64,000 nt of DNA from an uncultured Prevotellaceae bacterium (GCA_900314395.1 OMVB01000157.1:4433-68432), one strand, 5' to 3'. Shown: positions 48,859 through 58,493, counted from the first letter of the stretch. Numbers and translations are program-made. Notes: a model not told the origin generated them from the letters alone.

Positions 48859-51800
48859 ATGAAACGGACAACCGCAATCATTGCCGGAGCCGCCCTTGCA
48901 GTGGCAGCCCTGGCCGGACTTAATCTATTCGCTAAAACCATGACCAGCCAGCAATCAAAAGATAAAGAAGGCCATGTCCTTACCGCTCTTTGGAAGGAAT
49001 ACAAGGCCGCGGAAAACGCAGACCGTCCGCTGTTGCAGACGGAAATCCTTGAACGCATAAAAACGCAGGCCAAGGAGCGCCAGCTGCCCTGGGATTTCTG
49101 GGACGCCGCCACAAGCTCCGTCCAGGTTCAAGGCAGCCGCAATTGGAAGCTTCGGGATTCCCTGAACAAGGCCCTGAAAGAAGAGTCCATGGCTTTCCCG
49201 GACCCTGTTGTGGGCTTCACCTATTTATATCACTACAAGTCTTTGTCAGAGATGCTCAAGTTTGCCCGGGAGAACATAGGCAAACTTAAGGGAAACCGCA
49301 ATGAGGCCTTCTACAAGAACGATTCGCGCGTTGGGCAGCAACTGAGCAAAAAGCTTCCGGATTATATTAAAAATGACTACGAGTACGCTCTGTGGAATAT
49401 CGCCTTAGGTTCCAGTTACAATGAGCGGAATGCTGCAACGGATTCACTCCGGAGCATCCTTGACGGCCGTTATCCTGCAGCTCCCTACTTGGAATACAAG
49501 GTGGCGGAGCGCCTGACCAGCGGCTCCGGCGCCTGGAAGAAGGGAATGCAGAAGGTGGTGGACAATTACCCCGGAAAGGCTATCACCCTGTATCCGCTTG
49601 CGGCTGTAACCTACCAGCGCCTGTGGGATTTGCAAAGGGACAAAAAATCTGTCCAGCAGGATTACAAGGCTATCCGCGTGGATATCGCCGCTTTTGAGAC
49701 CCAGCGCAAGAATTATACCGGCTCCGAGGCCGCCCTGGTGGCGGAGCTTAAGTCGTTCAAACACATGCTGGAGGAGCTGGATTCAAAGAACCTGACGCTG
49801 GAGGTGACGCCGGAAAAGGCAACAGTCGGCTTCCGCAACATAAAGTCCGGCTGGCTCACGATGGTAAACGAAGACAAACCGGACAAAGTGCTCTTCCGCC
49901 AGCAGCTCAAAAACACATCGGGCCGATACTATATATATGATACTCTGGTAGTTACGCTTCCGGACCTGGGGGACGGAGTATATAAAGTCAGCATCGGCAG
50001 CAATGAATTGAAGGAAGAGGAAATCGTTACCGGAAAGTTCCAAAGGTATTCGTATGCATTGTCGGTTCGCAGGAGCGCGGACGGCTTTGGCTTTTTTGCT
50101 ACCAATGCTGCAACGGGAATGCCCCTGGAGAAGGTGGAACTGGTTGCAAAGGACGACGATGACAAAGAGCGCAGTGTTACAGTCAGGCAGGGGAGCGCCG
50201 CTTATACCCCGGTGCCCAAGATAAAGGGGATTGAGGATTTGGAGGACTGTGAAGAATTCTTCGTTCGCTGGAAGGATGCTTCCGGCTTTGTGAGGATGAG
50301 CCCTTCTACGGACCTTATGATCCTTGACCTGGACAGGGGATATGACAGCTATAACGGGCGCATTTACCTTAATGTTGCGGCCTTCCATCCCGGAGAGGTT
50401 GTTAAGTTTAAAGGCTTGATTTTCAAGACTTTGGCCGATAGCTCCCTGTCTCTTGGCAAACCCGGTTCTGCGGCTGAGGTTACTATTAGCGACCCGTCCG
50501 GGAAAGAGTATTTCAAAGAGAAGTTCGATGTCTCTGAAATGGGTTCGCTGGCCGGTGAATTCACCCTGCCGCAGGAGGCCAAGACCGGTTATTGGGAGAT
50601 AGACATACGTTATGCGGGAAGGCATGTGGCAAGCAGGATCTTCTATTACGGGGACTTTGTGCCGCCAAGTTTTACCTGCACTTTTGAGCCTTTTGAGAAT
50701 GCGTATTTCCCCGGTGATACCGTGCATGTTCGCGGCCGGCTGGAGAGTTTTTCCGGTCATAAGCTGTCAGAGGCCAGGGTGGAATATATTGTAAAAAAGT
50801 ATAATAGGGTTGTCGCTACCGATGTCATAAAGCCGGAGGCTGACGGCAGCTTTGATTTTGCTTTTGTTTCTGAGCGTGAATATTATGACATCCTTTTGAC
50901 GGTGGCCGATGCCACCGGTGAGACTCTTGACTTTGAGACTTACCTACATGTGTATGATTATATGCGGATCGATGGCTCGCTTAAGAACGGTGCCGGCGAT
51001 TACAAGGCTTCTTTGCCTGTTGTTACGGACTCCAAGGCAAGGTTTATGGTTGGCGTTACCAATGAGTCCCTGCCTGTTGCGGGAGCGCGGTTCAAATATG
51101 AGTTGCACGGCCCTTACGATGCGGTAGTGCTTGAGGGTGAGAAACTTGCGGGGTCAGAATTTGAGTTGGATTTGGCCGGCCTGCCGGATGGCTGCTATAA
51201 GCTGGAGTTCCAGAGTTTGCTTAAGAACCCTAACGGGAGGGCTCCTGAAGACGATGTCTCCTTTATTAAATATACTCCGGGTGCCGTTATTCCGGGCGAT
51301 GTAAAAGAGTTGTTCTGGCACGGGCCCGGGAAGGTTGCGGAAGGGGAGGATATCGAGTTCTGTCTAGGCAGCGGTACGCATCCTGTCTGGGCGGCAGTAG
51401 AGCTTTATTCTCCTACGCGAAAGGTGCTTTGGGCAAAGACTGTGTTCATCGCCAAGGGCAGCTTTGACAAGGTTGCTGTTCCTTATAATAAGGACTTTGC
51501 GGACGATGTTTGCGTTGGCCTTGTGTTCTTCAATGATTATGAGGGCTTTGGGTACGATGCCCATTATTATTTTGTGCGTGCGGATTCTTCGCTGCCGCTT
51601 GTTGTGAAGTCGTTCCAGGATGAGGCACGGCCGGGCACGGAGGTGACTGTGGAGCTGGAGACGCGTCCGGGTGCAGAGGCTGTGGCTTCTGTATGGGACA
51701 AGGCGTCGGATGCTATTTACAGGAACCGGTGGGATAAGGTTTATGTGAGGGAGGTCCTGGCTGATTTTGCGCCGCATCTTAATGCGGTAAAGCGCCCCGG

Positions 51801-54084
51801 CAGGGAGTATGATTTCATTGCTTACGGCCGGATGGATGCAGGTGATATGCTCGAGGCTGCGGCTCCGGCTCCTGTAATGGAAAAGTCGTCAGATTCGCTG
51901 GAGGAGGTTGTTCTTATGCGGAATAGTGTGTCGGAGGGGGTACGGAGCGATTTTTCCGGTGCCCTGGCTTTTGAGCCCTTCCTTAAGGCCGATGCTGACG
52001 GAATTCTGCGCTTTAGTTTTATGACGTCGGATAAGCTTTCTACTTTCAGGATGGCGGTGTTCGCCCATGACAGCAAGGTACGTAACAATTTGGTAGAGAA
52101 GGAGTTCAAGGTTACTGTTCCTGTTAAGGTGGATGTCCTTAAGCCGGAGTATCTGGTGGAGGGGGACAGTTTTACGCTTACTGCTACTGTTTCTTCCAAT
52201 GTTGATAAGGAGATGCGGGGTAAGTTGGTTGTTTACCGGTACGATGGTGATGATTACAAAGCTTTGAAGCCTGTGGCTGTGCTTTCTGCGGATGTTTCCG
52301 TGCCGGCCTCCGGCGTTGCAACCCACCAGTTTGACCTTTCCCCTGTCATGTTGAGCGAAGTCGAAACATCTCCTTCCCTGCAGCCGGTAGGCCTGCTGGT
52401 AAGCTTCCAGGCCGACGACGGAACGTCAGACGCCATGTTCTTCGCGGTTCCCGTTCTGGAACGTGCTCAGACGCTTACGGAGGCACATTCTGCCGTGCTT
52501 CTTGCGGGGGCGGACAAGGATGCGCTCATGAAGGACCTGGAGGGGCGTTTCACGGGTACCAGCCATTATGGCGCGGTTGCCAGCGAGATTACGGTTCTGG
52601 ATATGGTCAAGGAGGTTCTGGAGAGCAAGCTGGAGGAGCCGGGCAATGATGTCCTCTCCCTCACCGAAGCACTCTACGTCCGCTCCGTCCTTAATTCTTT
52701 AGTCGGCAGGGGCAAGCCCCTTTCCCCTGTCACTGCTTCGGCATCGTCAGGCTCTTCCCCTGTCATGTTGAGCGAAGCCGAAACATCTCTCCTTCAGAGG
52801 ATCCTGGCCCTGCAGAACGCCGACGGAGGCTTCGCGTGGTTCAAGGGTTTCGGCTCGTCGCCGATGCTTACGGCCGTAGTGCTGGAGAGGTTCTGCAAAA
52901 TGACCGCAGCTGTCACCCTGAGCGAAGTCGAAGGGTCTCTCTCCAAAGCAGTCAAGTACCTGGACAGCAACCACTTCGCTGCGGATGTTCCTTACTGGAG
53001 AGGCGGGATTTCTGACGCTCAGTACATGTATATCCGTGCGCTTTACGCAGATGTAGCCTTTGATGTTCCTAAGGAAAAGACGGCTGCAAAGAAGTTTGCG
53101 GACTTTAAGAAGGATGCCGAGGAGTATCTGGTTCCGGAGAAGGTGCGCGGGCTCAATGCCAACATTATGGGCAAGGCTCGCAGGCTCAATACGCTCCGGG
53201 TGCTGCTTTCTTCCGATGCCGGCAAGGGGCTGGCTGCCCTGTGGGGCATAAAGACATCGGCAAAGATGGAGAGTTCGATGGCGGCGGATGTGACGTCGCT
53301 GCTGGAGTATGCGGTGCGCCACAAGGATGGGGGCTGGTATTATCCGAATGCCGTTATGCCTTGGCGCGGCCTTCTTGAGACTGAGGCCTACGCCCACGTC
53401 CAGCTGGCCAACCTGCTTTCCCCTGTCAACCTGCTTTCCACTGTCATGTTGAGCGCAGACGAAACATCTCCTTCCCCGGCGGCGGTGGCAGACGGCATTC
53501 GTCTGTGGCTGATGCTCCAGAAGGAGACCCAGCACTGGGACTTGACGCCTCACTTTGTGGATGCGGTGGCCTGTATCCTTGAGGGCAGTAGGGAAGTGCT
53601 TGATACTAAGGTGCTTACACTTGCCAAGACATATCGCAAGCCTTTGGAGGAGATTGTTGCCGCAGGGAATGGCTTTACTATTAAGCGGGAGTTCTTCCGT
53701 GAGGTTGTCAAGACGGGTGGCAAGACGGATGTGGAGCCAATTTGGCCTGGAGATTCCGTGCAGAAGGGCGACAAGATTATCGCTGTTTACTACGTGTATA
53801 ACGCAGAGAACCGCAGCTTTGTACGCCTGCGGGCGCCTCGCGAGGCCACGCTGCGGCCGGTGGACCAGCTTTCCGGTTACAATTGGCGTTATTACAAGGA
53901 GGTGCGTACTTCCTGGACGGATTACTACTTTGATTCCATGCCGGAGGAGCGCTCAGAGATTCACGAGGAGTTCTTTGTAACCCAGACTGGTACCTTTGCC
54001 TGCGGGGTTCCGGTAATTGAGTCGCTGTACGCCAACCATTACCGCGCCAACGACGCCTTCCGCGGCCCTCTCCATGCCAAGTAG
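48859..54084 (+). CDS. Bacterial alpha-2-macroglobulin-like protein (MG domains)
   Basis: Signal peptide; MG2-like FHPGEVVKFKGL...GSLAGEFTLP; A2M-like FMTSDKLSTFRMAVFAH; LQNADGGFAWF in the TED-like region; 1741 aa. Confidence 0.85.
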   Translation: MKRTTAIIAGAALAVAALAGLNLFAKTMTSQQSKDKEGHVLTALWKEYKAAENADRPLLQTEILERIKTQAKERQLPWDFWDAATSSVQVQGSRNWKLRDSLNKALKEESMAFPDPVVGFTYLYHYKSLSEMLKFARENIGKLKGNRNEAFYKNDSRVGQQLSKKLPDYIKNDYEYALWNIALGSSYNERNAATDSLRSILDGRYPAAPYLEYKVAERLTSGSGAWKKGMQKVVDNYPGKAITLYPLAAVTYQRLWDLQRDKKSVQQDYKAIRVDIAAFETQRKNYTGSEAALVAELKSFKHMLEELDSKNLTLEVTPEKATVGFRNIKSGWLTMVNEDKPDKVLFRQQLKNTSGRYYIYDTLVVTLPDLGDGVYKVSIGSNELKEEEIVTGKFQRYSYALSVRRSADGFGFFATNAATGMPLEKVELVAKDDDDKERSVTVRQGSAAYTPVPKIKGIEDLEDCEEFFVRWKDASGFVRMSPSTDLMILDLDRGYDSYNGRIYLNVAAFHPGEVVKFKGLIFKTLADSSLSLGKPGSAAEVTISDPSGKEYFKEKFDVSEMGSLAGEFTLPQEAKTGYWEIDIRYAGRHVASRIFYYGDFVPPSFTCTFEPFENAYFPGDTVHVRGRLESFSGHKLSEARVEYIVKKYNRVVATDVIKPEADGSFDFAFVSEREYYDILLTVADATGETLDFETYLHVYDYMRIDGSLKNGAGDYKASLPVVTDSKARFMVGVTNESLPVAGARFKYELHGPYDAVVLEGEKLAGSEFELDLAGLPDGCYKLEFQSLLKNPNGRAPEDDVSFIKYTPGAVIPGDVKELFWHGPGKVAEGEDIEFCLGSGTHPVWAAVELYSPTRKVLWAKTVFIAKGSFDKVAVPYNKDFADDVCVGLVFFNDYEGFGYDAHYYFVRADSSLPLVVKSFQDEARPGTEVTVELETRPGAEAVASVWDKASDAIYRNRWDKVYVREVLADFAPHLNAVKRPGREYDFIAYGRMDAGDMLEAAAPAPVMEKSSDSLEEVVLMRNSVSEGVRSDFSGALAFEPFLKADADGILRFSFMTSDKLSTFRMAVFAHDSKVRNNLVEKEFKVTVPVKVDVLKPEYLVEGDSFTLTATVSSNVDKEMRGKLVVYRYDGDDYKALKPVAVLSADVSVPASGVATHQFDLSPVMLSEVETSPSLQPVGLLVSFQADDGTSDAMFFAVPVLERAQTLTEAHSAVLLAGADKDALMKDLEGRFTGTSHYGAVASEITVLDMVKEVLESKLEEPGNDVLSLTEALYVRSVLNSLVGRGKPLSPVTASASSGSSPVMLSEAETSLLQRILALQNADGGFAWFKGFGSSPMLTAVVLERFCKMTAAVTLSEVEGSLSKAVKYLDSNHFAADVPYWRGGISDAQYMYIRALYADVAFDVPKEKTAAKKFADFKKDAEEYLVPEKVRGLNANIMGKARRLNTLRVLLSSDAGKGLAALWGIKTSAKMESSMAADVTSLLEYAVRHKDGGWYYPNAVMPWRGLLETEAYAHVQLANLLSPVNLLSTVMLSADETSPSPAAVADGIRLWLMLQKETQHWDLTPHFVDAVACILEGSREVLDTKVLTLAKTYRKPLEEIVAAGNGFTIKREFFREVVKTGGKTDVEPIWPGDSVQKGDKIIAVYYVYNAENRSFVRLRAPREATLRPVDQLSGYNWRYYKEVRTSWTDYYFDSMPEERSEIHEEFFVTQTGTFACGVPVIESLYANHYRANDAFRGPLHAK
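52339..52372 (+). repeat. REP-like family A, copy 6 (in-frame in A2M)
   Basis: TCCCCTGTC-ATGTT-GAGCGAAGTCGA-AACAT-CTC encodes SPVMLSEVETS. Confidence 0.88.
52756..52789 (+). repeat. REP-like family A, copy 7 (in-frame in A2M; partial TCCCCTGTCAC at 52723)
   Basis: Encodes SPVMLSEAETS; ATGTT/AACAT stem. Confidence 0.88.
52910..52939 (+). repeat. REP-like family A, copy 8 (in-frame in A2M)
   Basis: CTGTC-ACCCT-GAGCGAAGTCGA-AGGGT-CTC encodes VTLSEVEGS. Confidence 0.88.
53419..53470 (+). repeat. REP-like family A, copy 9 with a local tandem duplication (in-frame in A2M)
   Basis: Encodes SPVNLLSTVMLSADETS; ATGTT/AACAT stem. Confidence 0.82.
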
Positions 54085-54112
54085 CCCGCCACGGGCCACA
54101 CCTGCTCACACG

Positions 54113-54149
54113 AAAAAAAGATTCTCAGAACATTCTGAGAATCTTTTTT
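54113..54149. terminator. Bidirectional intrinsic terminator
   Basis: AAAAAAGATTCTCAGA-ACAT-TCTGAGAATCTTTTTT between the A2M stop and the convergent tRNA fragment. Confidence 0.85.
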
Positions 54150-54153
54150 GTTG

Positions 54154-54196
54154 TGGGAGCAGAGGGAGTCGAACCCCCGACCCTCTGCTTGTAAGG
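54154..54196 (-). pseudogene. 3' half of tRNA-Val(TAC), probable att-site duplication
   Basis: Minus strand C-CTTACAA-GCAGA-GGGTC-GGGGG-TTCGACT-CCCTC-TGCTCCC-A contains the anticodon loop, T arm and 3' acceptor strand. The D arm and 5' acceptor strand are absent and replaced by AT-rich DNA. Confidence 0.88.
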
Positions 54197-54362
54197 AATA
54201 TTTTTCGTTCATTTTGAAAAATGGAAAACTATTCTATACAATAAAAATGGTCGATTTTAAATAAATATAACAAAAAATACAACAAACTTTTCAGTTTATC
54301 TTTTTTTAGTGTTGTATAGTTTTTGTTAAACTTTATATAGAAAAATTGGATTTTTTAAAATC

Positions 54363-54875
54363 TTATTTTTCAAGAGGTGTGATGATGTATTCTAATTCTA
54401 TATTATATGCCTCTTTGATTTTGTATAAGTAGGAAATAGAGATATTGTCGTTTTTGAACCAGTTAAAAACTGCACCGGGGGATACTTGTATGTCTCGGGC
54501 CAATTCGGTTTTACCGATATTGTTCTTTATCATGAACTCTTCAAGAAAAGCTATGTTTTTGTTTTTCAGTTCTGTACTTTTTGATTTGGTATTATCTTCT
54601 TTTCTTGTAAATGACATGGTGTAGTTTTTAATTTCTTCCTCTTTTTTGGTCAGTTTTATTTCCAGATTGTATCCAAGATTTTTGAGTATTGTGTAAGCCC
54701 TGGTTACTTTCATGTCGTCTCGTGTGAGGTTTTGACGGAGTTGAACGGCTTCACTGTGGGGATTGCTAGTGTATTCCCCGTAAGTTTCTGGAGTAAGTTT
54801 CAGCTCACTCAAGACTTCTGTTAAGAACCGCAAGTTCTTGCAGGTCTTAATTTTTGATTTGTTTTTCGGTTCCAT
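54363..54875 (-). CDS. XRE/Cro-type HTH regulator with two internal repeats
   Basis: C-terminal half IGKTELARDIQVSPGAVFNWFK is a clear HTH; N-terminal half (KNLRFLTEVL vs KNIAFLEEFM) is a degenerate repeat. Confidence 0.7.
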   Translation of the reverse strand: MEPKNKSKIKTCKNLRFLTEVLSELKLTPETYGEYTSNPHSEAVQLRQNLTRDDMKVTRAYTILKNLGYNLEIKLTKKEEEIKNYTMSFTRKEDNTKSKSTELKNKNIAFLEEFMIKNNIGKTELARDIQVSPGAVFNWFKNDNISISYLYKIKEAYNIELEYIITPLEK

Positions 54876-54970
54876 ATCTTTTTTGTGTTTCGTTCTTTCC
54901 TGTTTACAGATACTCCTGTGCCTTGTTCATATTAAAATTACAATTTTTTTCAAAAAAAACAGTTAAAACT

Positions 54971-55001
54971 ATTGTATTTTGTATTTAATTCGTTATATTT
55001 G
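54971..55001 (+). promoter_or_regulatory. Rightward promoter of the element operon
   Basis: -7 TATATTTG at 54994-55001 with ATTG 19 nt upstream. Confidence 0.45.
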
Positions 55002-55221
55002 CCATTGAAATTATTGCTGCTCGCGCAAGTTATTCTTCATGGTAAGTATAGTTTGTTGCAAATGTAGCAAAAAAAATTGAAAACAATACGGGTTCCGTTC
55101 ATAGTAGTTCAACGGTTTCCTGACACAATGTTTGTAAAAGTTTTTCGTTAACTGGGCCAACTGTTGCCCGAGGACTCAAAACATAACTTAGCCGAATGAG
55201 GCTACGCCATAAGTAAGAAGT

Positions 55222-56265
55222 ATGACGAGTAACATTACATATCGCTCTATGCGGTTATTCACCATTCCGGTGGCCGACATCCTTTCCTGGTTCGGGAAGC
55301 GTGTTGACCACCGTGGTTATATGTACTACTCTCCTTTCCGTGAGGAGTCCGAGCCGTCGATGCGTGTGTCTGTAAACAGTGCAGACGGGACGTGGCTTTG
55401 GGCTGATTATGGTGGCTCTCCGAAGTCCGGTAAGAAAGTTGACGGCGGGGGCTGTCTTGACATGGTCTGTCGTCTGGGGAATTTCTCGTCTTATAAGGAT
55501 GCATTGAAGGAGCTTGAGCGTATAGCGGAGAGCCGTGGGATGGCTGTTATTGAGGAGGAGTCCAGGGTTGAGCGTAAGCGTGCGCAGAAGCCCACAGGAA
55601 TCGTTCTTGACAGTAGCGGCGCCCTGTTTACCCGTAGGGCACTTGTGCGTTATGCCAAGGAGGTGCGCGGAATCCCCGAGGATATTCTTTCCCGGTATTG
55701 CTGTCAGGTAACATATCATCCTCGTTCAAAAGAGGGTAGTCAGTTCACGGTTATCGGTTTCCCTAACAATGAGGGAGGCTATGCGCTGCGTGGTACCGGC
55801 GCTGCATCCAAGAGTAAGTTCAAGAGTAAGTTCAGCACCGCTTCCGGTATTACTACCATTAAGGCCGACGGCTCTTTCAGTCCGAAGGGCGGCGTCTCCT
55901 CTGACAAGTGTCTTCTCTTTGAGGGATTCATGGATTTCATGTCTTATCTTGTTTGGAAGGGTGTCGTTGTTCCCGGCGATGCCGATGTCTGTGTGCTTAA
56001 TTCCACATCGATGGTTTCTTATTCTAGGTCATGGGTTGAATCCCATTCCAAGGTGCGTACTTTCTTTGACAATGACAAGGCCGGCAGCAAGGCTACGGAG
56101 GAGGTGCAGTCCTGGTGCACTGGAAAGGGACTTGATTTCAAGGATGGCCGTTCGGCATATAAAGGGTATAAGGATCTTAATGAGGCGTGGACTGCGGAGC
56201 TTGAGCGGAGGCGGCAGGTAAGAGAACGGAAGGCTGCGAAGTCAACAGGAAAGAAAATAAAGTAA
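55222..56265 (+). CDS. Toprim-domain DNA primase-like protein
   Basis: YYSPFREESEPSMRV (zinc-finger-like N-terminus lacking Cys), FEGFMDFMS and FFDNDKAG Toprim motifs. Confidence 0.85.
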   Translation: MTSNITYRSMRLFTIPVADILSWFGKRVDHRGYMYYSPFREESEPSMRVSVNSADGTWLWADYGGSPKSGKKVDGGGCLDMVCRLGNFSSYKDALKELERIAESRGMAVIEEESRVERKRAQKPTGIVLDSSGALFTRRALVRYAKEVRGIPEDILSRYCCQVTYHPRSKEGSQFTVIGFPNNEGGYALRGTGAASKSKFKSKFSTASGITTIKADGSFSPKGGVSSDKCLLFEGFMDFMSYLVWKGVVVPGDADVCVLNSTSMVSYSRSWVESHSKVRTFFDNDKAGSKATEEVQSWCTGKGLDFKDGRSAYKGYKDLNEAWTAELERRRQVRERKAAKSTGKKIK

Positions 56266-56306
56266 TCAAATATAAATCATTATTAACCTTCTAAAATTTT
56301 AGTATT

Positions 56307-57230
56307 ATGGCTGAAACAAAAAAAACTTTGGATCCTAGTGTAAAGGAGCGTCTTGACCTCATTGATTGGGATGGTCTTAAGAATTCCTTTGGTGTTACAC
56401 GTGAAGCAATCGAGAAGAACCCCAAGGTTGCATCACAGCTTGTTTACGGTGCTATGACTGATCTTGTTCAGTTCAACACCGGTGATATCTCTGGTGAGGT
56501 TTCTCTTCGTGCGTTCCCCACTCCTGCCGAGTCAAAAGACCTCTGGAAGGTGAAGGGTTATACAAAGCAGGAGGAGAAGTCCGAAGACCAGAAGCTCTTC
56601 TTCTACGGTGAGGAGATTTATTCCAAGGCCGCCAAGAAGGCCCTCTTTGAGAAGACTTCTTGGATGGGTACCGATAAAGACGGCAAGCAGGTGCGTAAGT
56701 ATGGCAATGCCAATGCGAGCACCGGTATTCCTGTAGCTTTCGCTTTTAAGAAGCGTGACGAGAACGGAAATGTCATCATGGGTCCCGACGGCAAGCCCGA
56801 GCGTGAGCCCAAGCGTTCATTCATTCTTTCTATCCACCAGCCAACCAATCAGATTGTTGGTATCGCTGTTGATAAGCTCAAGGAGCGTCTTCAGAACTCC
56901 AAGAACGGAGTTTCCATGTATGGTGTGAAGCTCACTGATGAACAGATCAACCAGGTGGCCAACGGTGGAGCCGTTATCCTTAAGGATTGCAAGAACAAGA
57001 AGGGTGAGTCTTTCAATGCCGCTGTTCAGTTCGATGTCTCTCAGATGACTCTCGTTCCGGTTCATCCTACTGCTCTCAAACAGGCTGAGCGTATGGGTGC
57101 CGACCTTGGTATCGGTAAGAATTCTCCTTCTGAGACTTCTCAGAAAGTCGAGAATAAACCTGCCAAGAAGTCTGAGAAGAAAGCTGCTCCTGCAGTAGAC
57201 AGGAAGCCCAAGACCAGACTTCAGAGATAG
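56307..57230 (+). CDS. DUF4099/DUF3945-like conjugative-element protein
   Basis: N-terminal IDWDGLKNSFGVTREAIEK and C-terminal GVKLTDEQINQVANGGAVILKDCKNKKGESFNAAVQFD, recalled as similar to these families. Confidence 0.65.
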   Translation: MAETKKTLDPSVKERLDLIDWDGLKNSFGVTREAIEKNPKVASQLVYGAMTDLVQFNTGDISGEVSLRAFPTPAESKDLWKVKGYTKQEEKSEDQKLFFYGEEIYSKAAKKALFEKTSWMGTDKDGKQVRKYGNANASTGIPVAFAFKKRDENGNVIMGPDGKPEREPKRSFILSIHQPTNQIVGIAVDKLKERLQNSKNGVSMYGVKLTDEQINQVANGGAVILKDCKNKKGESFNAAVQFDVSQMTLVPVHPTALKQAERMGADLGIGKNSPSETSQKVENKPAKKSEKKAAPAVDRKPKTRLQR

Positions 57231-57264
57231 TACCTTTCTCTCTTTTATTCTTTTTTGTGTTCAC

Positions 57265-57307
57265 GGTGGGGGCGCGGCATCATATTGCCCCCGTCCCCAC
57301 CATTTTT
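57265..57307 (+). terminator. GC-rich hairpin followed by a U-tract
   Basis: GGTGGGG...GGCA-TCATAT-TGCC...CCCCACC-ATTTTT. Confidence 0.55.
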
Positions 57308-57327
57308 AATTAATATTATTTGTCGTT

Positions 57328-58449
57328 ATGCCTACTCCATCTGAGAAGATCGCGCAGCGTTATGCTGATATTTTTGTTTCTGCGTTTGACAGGATTGTCG
57401 GGGACCCTGCGTCACCGCTTCTTGTTGGTTGTGCTGTTCCGAATGCCGGTGCCAACGGTGTTCCTTTCCGTGGGTGTAACGCACTTCTTACATCAATCAT
57501 TTCCGCCGACAGGGGGTTTAATATTCCCGTGTGGCTTACACGTTCAAGGCTGTCGGAGCTGGGACTTCTTATCCGTAAGGGTGAGAAGAATACACCTATC
57601 GTTCATTATGATGTGTTTTATGAGGATGTGAATACCAAGAAACGTGACCCGCAGATGAATGATGCTCTTTATAGGGCTCTTTCGGATGAAGATAAGAAAC
57701 AGTGGGTCAAACGTTGTTATATGACGGCTTATCCGGAGTTTAATGTAGCGCAGACGAATTTCAGTGAGGTCTATCCCGAACAGTGGGAGGAGCTTGTTTC
57801 GACGTTCGGCACTCCGGAGCGAATTGCTGCCAGTTGCGGAGACATTGACCGTGCCGTTGGTTGTCCGCAGGGGGAGGACGGAGCCTGGCTCTGTCCGATT
57901 AAGATTGACAATGAGCGTAAGAGTCCTGTTTACAGGGAGGCTTACGATGATATACTTGTACCGCCGAAGGAGTCGTATGCCGACCAGCAGCAGTGGTACG
58001 CTGATATTGTGCATGAGATGGCACATTCTACTGGAAGTGAGGCGCGTGCCGACAGGAATCTGTCGTCAGGTGTTCTCGAAGAGAGGGCTCACGAGGAGAT
58101 GGTCGCCGAACTTGCAGGAGCGACCGTATGTACTATGTTAGGAGTGCAGACGGGCATCCAGGAGCATAATCTTGGATTTTTGAAGGCCTGGTCGTCTGTT
58201 ATTAAGAACGACCCTATGGTCATCTATAAGGCCGTCAATGAGGCTTCGAAGGCGGCGGAGATGATTAGCGGTACGCTTGGACTGGAGATGCGTCGTGGGT
58301 TTAATCTGGATAAGATTATGGAGGGCGTTGAGAAGGCACAGGAGACGCGTGAGAAGGTGCAGCAGCAAAGGGCCCAGAGACAGTCCCGGGGAGGAAAGAA
58401 GGCACGTAGGCCGTTGAAGGTTGCTAAGGCTAAGGGACGTCACGTTTAA
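57328..58449 (+). CDS. ardC: ArdC-like antirestriction protein (ssDNA-binding N-domain plus zincin/MPTase domain)
   Basis: GVPFRGCNAL..., VWLT...IRKGEK, EFNVAQT, HEMAHSTG (HExxH) and EEMVAELAG motifs. Confidence 0.85.
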   Translation: MPTPSEKIAQRYADIFVSAFDRIVGDPASPLLVGCAVPNAGANGVPFRGCNALLTSIISADRGFNIPVWLTRSRLSELGLLIRKGEKNTPIVHYDVFYEDVNTKKRDPQMNDALYRALSDEDKKQWVKRCYMTAYPEFNVAQTNFSEVYPEQWEELVSTFGTPERIAASCGDIDRAVGCPQGEDGAWLCPIKIDNERKSPVYREAYDDILVPPKESYADQQQWYADIVHEMAHSTGSEARADRNLSSGVLEERAHEEMVAELAGATVCTMLGVQTGIQEHNLGFLKAWSSVIKNDPMVIYKAVNEASKAAEMISGTLGLEMRRGFNLDKIMEGVEKAQETREKVQQQRAQRQSRGGKKARRPLKVAKAKGRHV

Positions 58450-58493
58450 GATAGAATAATACTACTTGATAATAAATTTAATTCTTTACCATT

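Noticed and set aside
54154-54196. Functional tRNA-Val gene
   Set aside because: The D arm, the 5' acceptor strand and most of the 5' anticodon stem are missing; treated as an att remnant.
55080-55180. Short imperfect inverted repeats as an oriT or replication origin
   Set aside because: Stems of 5-7 bp are within chance for this AT-rich region, and no relaxase in the window anchors the call.
55809-55833. 12-bp tandem duplication (KSKFKSKF) in the primase
   Set aside because: A single in-frame slippage event with no wider pattern.
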